From: a candidate division WOR-3 bacterium
GTDB lineage: Bacteria > Hydrothermota > UBA3072 > B12-G15
Direction: 5' to 3'
Assembly (NCBI GenBank): GCA_965649055.1
Contig: CBFGJG010000007.1
Span: 40,037 to 63,782 of the forward strand
Length of the DNA stretch: 23,746 bases
Shown here one piece after another: positions 8,608-16,906 of this stretch (position 1 is the first letter of the stretch; every line of letters starts with the position of its first letter). The translations under genes were made by a program, and so were the position numbers. The notes under the pieces were generated by a model. It did not search any database, was not told where the DNA came from, and saw only the letters and a program-made list of their open reading frames with translations.

Positions 8608-8925
8608 ATGGATTTTAAAAAGAAGGAACAGAATGTTCCACCTATGCAACAGCAGTTAGAAATAGACCTTGGAACAGTTGAAGGTGTTTATTCAAACCTT
8701 GCTGTCATTACACATTCACCAGCAGAGATAATCATTGATTTCTGTAGAATCCTTCCCGGTATGCCAAAGGCAAAGGTTCAATCAAGAATAATAATGACAC
8801 CACAGCACGCAAAACTTCTTATGAAGGCACTTGAAGATAATCTGAAAAGATTTGAAGAGAAATTTGGTGAGATAAAACTCCACACAGGTGAAGAGGGAAA
8901 GAATATAGGTTTCAAGGTTGAATAA
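8608..8925 (+). CDS. DUF3467 domain protein
   Basis: EGVYSNLAVITHSPAEIIIDF...AKVQSRIIMTPQHAKLL...ALEDNL...FGEI is characteristic of DUF3467. Confidence 0.9.
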   Translation: MDFKKKEQNVPPMQQQLEIDLGTVEGVYSNLAVITHSPAEIIIDFCRILPGMPKAKVQSRIIMTPQHAKLLMKALEDNLKRFEEKFGEIKLHTGEEGKNIGFKVE

Positions 8926-8934
8926 ATATCTTTA

Positions 8935-10077
8935 ATGAAGATTCTCCATATAACACCTTATTACATCCCTGCATTCAGGTTTGGTGGACCTGTTTTCTCT
9001 GTCCATTATCTCTGTAAGAATCTTGTAAATATGGGTGTCAATCTTGAAGTCTGGACAACGAATTTAGGTCAGGAATTTCAAAAAATTAAAGAAGATACAA
9101 TTGATGATGTGAAAGTAAAATATTTTCCGGTATTTCCAAAGACAAATTATGCATTCTCTTCTTCTTTATTTTCTTATCTAAACGCAAATTTAAAGAATTT
9201 TGATTTGGTCCACATAAATGGAATTTATCAATTCCATTCATTTACGGGAGGTTTTCTCTCTCATAAAAATAGAATACCGTATATTTTAAGCCCAAGGGGA
9301 ATGTTCCTAAAAGATATGATAAGAAGAAAGGGTTTTTTAAAGAAAAAAATCTATATAAAGATTTTTGAAGAAAGGGTGATAAATAATGCAAAAATGATTC
9401 ACTGCACTTCTTTTGATGAGAAAGAAGGTGTTATTGAGATGGGAATAAACCCAGAAAAAATCTTTGTTATCCCGAACCCGGTCGAATTCCCGGAAACTGA
9501 AGAATTTCAATTTAAAAAAAACAATAATCAGATTCTATTCCTTGGAAGGATAAACTGGAAAAAAGGGCTTGATATTTTAATACCTGCATTTAAGAATGTA
9601 TTAAAAGAGATACCTGATGCGAAACTTATCATTGCAGGTCCTGATGATGGTTATCTTGACAGAGTGAAAAAATGGATAAACGAATACAAACTTAATGAAA
9701 ACATAGAAATCACAGATGAGGTTAAAGGTGAAAATAAGATAAAACTTATTATGAATTCAGATATATCTATCCTTCCATCATACTTTGAAAATTTCGGTAT
9801 GTCCGTTGTTGAATCTTTGTATTACAGAACACCTGTTATTATCTCTGATAAGGTTGCATTGAAGGATTATATTAAAAAATATAATTGTGGAATTGTTTCA
9901 AAATTAAATATTGACGAAATCTCAAATTCTATTATAAAATTATTAAAGGATGAAAAATTAAGAATAGAAATGGGAAAAAGAGGGAATTTTATGGTTAAAG
10001 AAGAATTTGATTCAAAAAAAGTTGCAATGAAAATGAAAGATACTTATGAAAAGATTCTTCAAAAGGAGGGATTATGA
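8935..10077 (+). CDS. Glycosyltransferase family 4
   Basis: MKILHITPYY...GGP, LFLGRINWKKG, and LPSYFENFGMSVVES (Ex7E). Confidence 0.93.
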   Translation: MKILHITPYYIPAFRFGGPVFSVHYLCKNLVNMGVNLEVWTTNLGQEFQKIKEDTIDDVKVKYFPVFPKTNYAFSSSLFSYLNANLKNFDLVHINGIYQFHSFTGGFLSHKNRIPYILSPRGMFLKDMIRRKGFLKKKIYIKIFEERVINNAKMIHCTSFDEKEGVIEMGINPEKIFVIPNPVEFPETEEFQFKKNNNQILFLGRINWKKGLDILIPAFKNVLKEIPDAKLIIAGPDDGYLDRVKKWINEYKLNENIEITDEVKGENKIKLIMNSDISILPSYFENFGMSVVESLYYRTPVIISDKVALKDYIKKYNCGIVSKLNIDEISNSIIKLLKDEKLRIEMGKRGNFMVKEEFDSKKVAMKMKDTYEKILQKEGL

Positions 10078-11804
10078 GAATACTTGGTATATGTGCATAT
10101 CATCCTGATAGTTCAGCCTGCGTTGTTATTGATGGAAAGCTTATTGCAGCAGCAGAGGAAGAAAGATTTAAGAGGATAAAACACTGGGCTGGATTTCCTG
10201 AAGAATCAATAAAATACTGTCTTAAAGAAGCAGGATTAAGATTAAAAGATATAGATTATGTTGCGATAGGAAGAAATACATGGGCAAATCTTCCAAAGAA
10301 AATACAATATGTAATTTCAAAAAGACCTGATTTTTCTCTGCTTAAAGATAGATTAAAAAACTGGGGAAATGTATCAGGGATAAAAGAGAGACTGAAGGAA
10401 ATTCAGGATGCACCAAAGATAAAATTTATGCATATAGAGCATCACAATGCCCATATTGCATCTTCTTTTTTTGTATCACCGTTTGATAAGTCTGCTTTTT
10501 TAAGCCTTGATGGTTTTGGTGATTTTGTGAGCACAAGATGGGGTATGGGTGAAGGAAACAGGTTTGAAACTTTTGGAAGTGTCTATTTCCCGCATTCACT
10601 TGGAATACTTTACACTGCTATAACTCAGTATCTTGGATTTAAGAAATTCGGTGATGAGTATAAAGTTATGGGGCTTTCTGCATTTGGTGAACCTGAATAT
10701 TACAATGATTTGAAAAAACTTATAAAAACAAATGAAGATGGTTTTAAAATAAATCTTGATTATTTTGTTCATCATACAAAAAATACAAATTTCTCCTGGG
10801 ATAATACAGAACCACATTTGAAGAATCTATATTCTGAAAAACTCATTAAGAAATTCGGTAAGCCAAGGGAATACAATGAACCAATAGAGAAAAAACACGA
10901 AAACATCGCAGCATCATTACAAAAAATTCTTGAAGATGTCGTATTTGAGATGCTGAAAAAACTTTATGAAAAAACAAAATGTCCGAATCTCTGTATCTCT
11001 GGTGGTGTTGGATACAATAGTGCATTGAACGGAAAGATAACTGAAAATACACCTTTCCAGAATGTATTTATTCCACCTGTAGCAGGTGATGCAGGAACAT
11101 CTATTGGTGCTGCGTTTTATGTTTACAATTACATATACAACAATGAAAGAAAATTTGTTATGGAAGATGCATATTTTGGTCCACATTACACTGATAAAGA
11201 AATAGAAGATACAATAAACAAAAAGATAACAGGGAATTACAGGATAAAGAAGATGGAAGAAGAAGAGTTATTGAAATACACAGCAAAAGGAATAGCAGAT
11301 GGTAAGATTGTAGGATGGTTTCAGGGAAGGATGGAGATAGGTCCAAGGGCTTTAGGTGCAAGAAGTATTGTTGTTGACCCGAGAAGAAAGGAAATGAAGG
11401 ATATTTTAAATGAAAGGATAAAAAGAAGGGAGCCTTTTAGACCTTTTGCACCATCAATACTTGAAGAATACACAAAAGATTACTTTGAAAATCCCTGCAA
11501 AGAACCATTTATGCAGAAGGTTTTGAAAGTAAAACCTGAAAAAAGGGATGAGATTCCTGCTGTTGTTCACATTGACGGAACCGGAAGATTGCAGACTGTG
11601 AATGAAAAGACAAATCCAAGATATTACAATTTAATAAAGGAATTTTATAAGATAACAAATGTTCCACTTGTTTTGAATACATCTTTCAATGAGAATGAAC
11701 CTATTGTTTTAAGCCCTGAGAATGCAATAGACTGCTTCTTGAGAACAAAGATGGATATCCTTGTCCTTGAAAACTTTCTAATAGAAAGGAACGAGTTGTT
11801 TTGA
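10074..11804 (+). CDS. O-carbamoyltransferase (NodU/CmcH family)
   Basis: AAEEERF, HIEHHNAH, LDGFGD, GWFQGRMEIGPRALGARS, RPFAP, HIDGTGRLQTV and LNTSFN motifs. Confidence 0.95.
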   Translation: MRILGICAYHPDSSACVVIDGKLIAAAEEERFKRIKHWAGFPEESIKYCLKEAGLRLKDIDYVAIGRNTWANLPKKIQYVISKRPDFSLLKDRLKNWGNVSGIKERLKEIQDAPKIKFMHIEHHNAHIASSFFVSPFDKSAFLSLDGFGDFVSTRWGMGEGNRFETFGSVYFPHSLGILYTAITQYLGFKKFGDEYKVMGLSAFGEPEYYNDLKKLIKTNEDGFKINLDYFVHHTKNTNFSWDNTEPHLKNLYSEKLIKKFGKPREYNEPIEKKHENIAASLQKILEDVVFEMLKKLYEKTKCPNLCISGGVGYNSALNGKITENTPFQNVFIPPVAGDAGTSIGAAFYVYNYIYNNERKFVMEDAYFGPHYTDKEIEDTINKKITGNYRIKKMEEEELLKYTAKGIADGKIVGWFQGRMEIGPRALGARSIVVDPRRKEMKDILNERIKRREPFRPFAPSILEEYTKDYFENPCKEPFMQKVLKVKPEKRDEIPAVVHIDGTGRLQTVNEKTNPRYYNLIKEFYKITNVPLVLNTSFNENEPIVLSPENAIDCFLRTKMDILVLENFLIERNELF

Positions 11805-13255
11805 AGGATAAGGTAATAAAAGGTGTATTCTGGGTATTTGCAATTAAAATCTTTTCTTACATATTTAGTTTCTTAAGGATTACAATCCTTGCAAGGATAT
11901 TACTTCCGTCTGATTTTGGTCTTATTGGGATTGCCCTTTTAACTCTATCAATTATAGAGACATTTACACAGGTTGGATTTAAACAGGCTTTGATACAGAA
12001 GAAAGAAAATGTAGAAGATTATCTTGATAGTGCATGGAGTTTTCTTTTATTAAGGGGCATTTTTCTTTTCTTCATTATCTATTTCTTCTCTTTCTTTTCT
12101 TCATATTTTTTCAAATCTCCACAGGCTATAAATATTATAAGGGTTATGGGTTTATCTGTTATTATATCAGGTTTTACAAATATAGGTGTTATATATTTTC
12201 AGAAGGAATTTGAGTTCAGAAAACAATTCTATTATGAACTTTTAGGGACAATTATTGATTTTATTGTATCAATAACGCTTGTTTTTTTATTAAAGAATGT
12301 ATGGGCACTTGTTTTTGGTTCTTTATCCGGGAATTTAACAAGGTGTATTGTCAGTTTCTTCATTATCCCTTACAAACCTAAATTTACAATACATCTTGGA
12401 AAGATAAAAGAACTATGGGATTTTGGAAGATGGGCTACAATTTCAAACATATTAATATTCTTTTCAACCCAGGGAGATGATATATTTGTTGGAAGATTTC
12501 TTGGAACAACTTTTTTAGGTCTTTATCAGATGGCTTACAGGCTTTCAAATATGCCTGCAACAGAGATAACACATACAATATCTTCAGTTGCATTTCCTGC
12601 ATATTCAAAATTACAGGATAACCTTGAAAGATTAAGAAATGCATATTTAAAGATATTCCAGATGACAAGTTTCTTTTCTTTTTATCTTGCAGGTATCATA
12701 TTCATATTATCAGATGATTTTATAAGTCTTTTTTTAACATCAAAATGGATACCTGCAATTCCTGCAATAAAGATTCTTTCTATAGAAGGTCTTTTAAGGT
12801 CAATTGCAGCAACAACAGGACCGATATTTTATGCTATAAAAAAACCAAAAATGGAAACATTCTGGCAGTTTATAAGGCTTTTAATCATAGTTATTTTTAT
12901 TTATCCTTTTACAGCAAGATATAAAATTGCAGGAACATCATTCGTTGTCCTTTTAAGTGTCCTTGTTTCAACAATAGGATTTGTAATTATCTGTAAAAGG
13001 TTGATAGATTTTGATATGAGAAAGATAACACTTATAACTATTTTTTCTTTATTAAGTATGTTATTGATGATTTCATCGTATTATTTTATTGTTAAAATAT
13101 TAAGATTTGAAGTTTCATATATACAATTTTTTATAATAGCAGTTATAATCACAATAATTTATATGACTTTTTTTATTTTGTTCAGCAGATTTATGTATAT
13201 TAATCAGATAAAATTAATAAAAGAGGTTATAGGTGGATTTTTTAAAAATTATTAG
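11801..13255 (+). CDS. Polysaccharide flippase (Wzx/PST family)
   Basis: Multi-TM protein with LARILLPSDFG and GRFLG...LGLYQMAY motifs. TTG start overlaps the previous stop. Confidence 0.9.
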   Translation: MKDKVIKGVFWVFAIKIFSYIFSFLRITILARILLPSDFGLIGIALLTLSIIETFTQVGFKQALIQKKENVEDYLDSAWSFLLLRGIFLFFIIYFFSFFSSYFFKSPQAINIIRVMGLSVIISGFTNIGVIYFQKEFEFRKQFYYELLGTIIDFIVSITLVFLLKNVWALVFGSLSGNLTRCIVSFFIIPYKPKFTIHLGKIKELWDFGRWATISNILIFFSTQGDDIFVGRFLGTTFLGLYQMAYRLSNMPATEITHTISSVAFPAYSKLQDNLERLRNAYLKIFQMTSFFSFYLAGIIFILSDDFISLFLTSKWIPAIPAIKILSIEGLLRSIAATTGPIFYAIKKPKMETFWQFIRLLIIVIFIYPFTARYKIAGTSFVVLLSVLVSTIGFVIICKRLIDFDMRKITLITIFSLLSMLLMISSYYFIVKILRFEVSYIQFFIIAVIITIIYMTFFILFSRFMYINQIKLIKEVIGGFFKNY

Positions 13256-13946
13256 AAATAAATATACTTATTACAGAACAATTGTTTTTACATTATTTCG
13301 TTTGCTTTATAAATATCCCGAAGATATCATATTTTTATTTGACTGGTTTAAAGCAATAATAAGAAAAAAAGAAATAGAAAAAATTCCCTGGTTGACTTAT
13401 AAAACTATAAGATGGTTAAAAAAAAACATTAACAAAGATATGATAGTTTTTGAGTATGGTTCAGGTGGTTCAACATTATTTTTTGCAGAAAGGGTTAAAA
13501 AGATTTTTTCGGTTGAACATAACAGAAACTTTTATGAATATTTGAGTAAAATAATAAGAGAAAATAAGTTTAACAATATTACATATATTTTAAAAGAGCC
13601 TGAAATATCAAAAAATCCTGAAAATGAATTTTTCAAATCTTCTTTCAGTCCAGAGTTTAAAGGTTTAAGTTTTGAAAAATATGTGAAGATTATTGAAGAT
13701 TTTCCTGATAACTACTTTGATTTAATTTTGATAGATGGAAGAGCAAGGGTTGCATGTATGAAATATGCAGTTAAAAAGTTAAAGAAGAAAGGAATTATAA
13801 TACTTGATAATTCAGAAAGAAAAAGATATAAAGAAGGAATAAATAGATATTTAAAAAATTTCTTCATCAAAAGATACTATGGTTTAGGTCCCAATGAGAT
13901 AATTCCTTGGGAAACTACAATATTCAAGAGGAAGGAGGATTTATGA
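13233..13946 (+). CDS. Class I SAM-dependent methyltransferase-like protein
   Basis: PWLTY...VFEYGSGGST...SVEH...FDLILIDGRAR...ILDNSER. Confidence 0.8.
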   Translation: MDFLKIIRNKYTYYRTIVFTLFRLLYKYPEDIIFLFDWFKAIIRKKEIEKIPWLTYKTIRWLKKNINKDMIVFEYGSGGSTLFFAERVKKIFSVEHNRNFYEYLSKIIRENKFNNITYILKEPEISKNPENEFFKSSFSPEFKGLSFEKYVKIIEDFPDNYFDLILIDGRARVACMKYAVKKLKKKGIIILDNSERKRYKEGINRYLKNFFIKRYYGLGPNEIIPWETTIFKRKEDL

Positions 13947-14650
13947 TAGGTATTTTGAAAAATGTGATTGAAGAAGTAAGAAATTATAGAAAATATGAAC
14001 ATAAAAGGGAGCCTTTCTTTAATATTGCATACGAATATCTTAAAAATTGTAAAAATATTCTGGATTTAGGTCCGGGTAATGGAGAATTCATTGAATTTTT
14101 AAAAAAAATGGGATTTAAAAATAAAATCTGTGGATATGAAGGGAATGAAGAAACTGTGAAATTGTTGAAGAAGAAAGGAATAAATTGCAAATACGGAAGG
14201 TTACCTAAAATTAATTTTTCCAATGTTTTTTTTGATGGAATACATGCAAGCCATATATTAGAACATCTATATCCAGAAGAACTTTATGAAACAATGTTTG
14301 AAATAAAAAGGGTTTTAAAAAAAGATGGAATTCTTGTAATAAGCACACCACTATTATGGGAAGAATTTTATTCTGACCTTTCACATATAAAGCCTTATAA
14401 TCCAGATGTTTTTATAAAATATTTATGCGAAGATATAAAGAGTTCACATCCATCTCGTAAAAAGATAGGTGAGTTTAAACTATTGAAAATTTTTTACAGA
14501 TATAGATTTGAAGGATATAATCCTGTTATCTTTAAACATATTCCCTTTTTTAATATCTTTTCAATATTATTTTTTAAATTTTTAAGAAAGATAGGAATAG
14601 GCTATTATAGAAAAACAGGATATACGATAATTTTCCAAAAAGTAGATTAA
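13943..14650 (+). CDS. Class I SAM-dependent methyltransferase
   Basis: Likely start ATG 13943 after GGAGG. ILDLGPGNG and FDGIHASHILEHL...RVLKKDGILVISTP motifs. Confidence 0.88.
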   Translation: MIGILKNVIEEVRNYRKYEHKREPFFNIAYEYLKNCKNILDLGPGNGEFIEFLKKMGFKNKICGYEGNEETVKLLKKKGINCKYGRLPKINFSNVFFDGIHASHILEHLYPEELYETMFEIKRVLKKDGILVISTPLLWEEFYSDLSHIKPYNPDVFIKYLCEDIKSSHPSRKKIGEFKLLKIFYRYRFEGYNPVIFKHIPFFNIFSILFFKFLRKIGIGYYRKTGYTIIFQKVD

Positions 14651-14680
14651 TATCTATTTCCTTTTTTATCCTAATAAGTT

Positions 14681-15094
14681 GCAATCCCTTCCTTTTCTTC
14701 CTTTATGTGTCATTGCGAGTCTTTCGATTTTCCTCTATTTGTCATTCCGAGCCTTCCGCAGGAATGCGTGGCAATCCCATCTTTTTTGTTGTCATTCCGA
14801 GGGCTTGCAGACTACTTTGCATAACTACCAAAGCCCGTGGGAATCTCATGTTTTCTTCTTCTCTTTTGTCATTGCGAGTCGCATAGCGACGTGGCAATCC
14901 CATATGTTTTTTTATTTTTTAACACCTGAGATTACCACGCATTGAGTATAGCAAATATGTAAGCAATCTCAATGCTCGTAATGACTTCTACACTTTGTCA
15001 TTCCGAGGCTTTCGAAGAAAGCCGTGGGAATCCCATCTTTTCTTCTTCTCTTTTGTCATTGCGAGCATTCCGCAGGAATGCGTGGCAATCTCAT
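14681..15094 (+). repeat. Palindromic repeat array 4 (6 units, one inverted, plus half units)
   Basis: Units 14740-14778, 14790-14847, 14867-14901, inverted 14928-14985, 14996-15034 and 15054-15092. Confidence 0.95.
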
Positions 15095-15170
15095 ATTTCA
15101 TAATTATTTTCTTGAAAAAAACTTAAATTCCTTTAATATACAACAAAAAATGAAAAAAGGAGCATAGAAT

Positions 15171-16148
15171 ATGAAAAAATATCTTGTTTGTGGTGCAGGT
15201 GGTTTTATTGGTTCACATATGGTTAAAAGATTAAAAAAAGAAGGACACTGGGTCAGAGGTGTTGATTTAAAATATCCAGAATTTGCCGAGACAGAAGCAG
15301 ATGATTTTGTTATAGGTGATTTAAGAGACCCTTATATATGCAGACATATACTTGATATAAGATTTGATGGGATATTCCAGTTTGCAGCAGATATGGGTGG
15401 TGCAGGTTTTGTTTTTACAGGTGATAATGATGCGGATATTATGCATAATTCAGCATTAATAAATCTTAATATGGTTGAAGCAGCATACAAAAGAAATATA
15501 AAAAGAATATTCTATTCATCATCAGCCTGTATGTATCCTGCTTATAATCAGCAAGATCCTAATAATCCCAAATGTTCAGAAGATTCAGCATACCCGGCAG
15601 AACCTGATAGTGAATATGGATGGGAGAAATTATTCAGTGAAAGATTATATCTTGCATTCCACAGGAATTATAAGATGGAAGTTCGTATAGCAAGGTATCA
15701 TAATATATTTGGTCCTGAAGGGACATGGCAGGGTGGTCGTGAAAAAGCACCTGCTGCTATATGTCGAAAGGTTGCGATGGCAAAAGATGGTGATGAGATA
15801 GAAATATGGGGAGACGGGAAACAGACAAGGTCATTTTTATACATAGATGAATGTATTGAAGGGACATTGAGGCTTTTCCATTCAGACTGGACAGGACCTG
15901 TTAACATAGGTTCAGAAGAGATGGTAACGATAGACGAGCTTGCAAATATGATAATAAAGATATCAGGGAAGAAATTAAGTATAAAACATATTCCGGGACC
16001 TGTTGGTGTCCGTGGAAGAAATTCAGATAATAGATTAATAAAAGAAAAACTTGGCTGGGCACCATCCATGCCTTTAATAGAAGGATTAAAGATAACATAT
16101 AAATGGATTGAAGAACAGGTAAGGAAAAGTAAAAATTTAAAAAAATAA
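15171..16148 (+). CDS. NAD-dependent epimerase, GDP-mannose 3,5-epimerase-like
   Basis: GAGGFIG, FAADMGGAGF, SSACMYP, YGWEK, GGREKAPAAICRK and GVRGRNSDN motifs typical of GME-like SDRs. Confidence 0.92.
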   Translation: MKKYLVCGAGGFIGSHMVKRLKKEGHWVRGVDLKYPEFAETEADDFVIGDLRDPYICRHILDIRFDGIFQFAADMGGAGFVFTGDNDADIMHNSALINLNMVEAAYKRNIKRIFYSSSACMYPAYNQQDPNNPKCSEDSAYPAEPDSEYGWEKLFSERLYLAFHRNYKMEVRIARYHNIFGPEGTWQGGREKAPAAICRKVAMAKDGDEIEIWGDGKQTRSFLYIDECIEGTLRLFHSDWTGPVNIGSEEMVTIDELANMIIKISGKKLSIKHIPGPVGVRGRNSDNRLIKEKLGWAPSMPLIEGLKITYKWIEEQVRKSKNLKK

Positions 16149-16162
16149 CATTTTTCCCTGTT

Positions 16163-16736
16163 TTCATTTCGAGCCTTTCGATTTTCCTCTATTTGTCATT
16201 CCGAGCCTTCCTTTGGAAGGCGTGGGAATCTCATTTTTTTAATTTGTCATTGCGTGGAAATCCCATCCTTTTCTTCCTTTTATGTCATTCCGAGTCGCGC
16301 AGCGACGTGGGAATCCCTTCTTTTCTTACCTTTTAACACCCGAGATTACCACGCATTGAATAGCAAATATATAAGAAGACCCAATGCTCGTAATGACTCC
16401 TACACTTTGTCATTCCGAAGGTTTGCTATTACACCTGATTTGTCATTTCGAGTCCTTCGTTTTTCCTCTATTTGTCATTCCGAGCATTCCGCAGGAATGC
16501 GTGGCAATCCCATCTTTTTTCCCTTTCTTGTCATTCCGAGCCTTCCTTTGGAAGGCGTGGGAATCTCACAACGCAAGTTGTCATTCCGAGGGCTTGAAGA
16601 CTACTTTGCATAACTACCAAAGCCCGTGGGAATCCCATGTTTTCTTCTTCTCTTTTGTCATTGCGAGCATTCCGCAGGAATGCGTGGCAATCTCATTCCT
16701 TTCTATCAGAAAACTTGAAACTTTATGACTGACCCT
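16163..16736 (+). repeat. Palindromic repeat array 5 (7 units, one inverted, one empty unit, half units) plus terminal motif
   Basis: Units 16194-16232, 16283-16317, inverted 16342-16397, 16473-16511, 16529-16567, 16579-16636 and 16656-16694. Empty unit 16245-16264. Terminal motif 16698-16736. Confidence 0.95.
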
Positions 16737-16906
16737 AATTGTTTGCGGGTTTTAACTCTAAAATTATTCTATGAAAGTCTTCTAAGGATAATCTATTATT
16801 CATTTCCCATCTTTTATAACATAACTTACTTCAATGTATATGCCTTGTTTCAAAAAATTTTCACTAAATACTTGATAATTGAAAAATTTTTAGTATCATT
16901 ATATAA

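Noticed and set aside
1386..16736. Repeat arrays as CRISPR arrays
   Set aside because: Periodicity is irregular, inserts recur between arrays, orientation is mixed, both inserts and linkers vary, and no cas genes are in the window.
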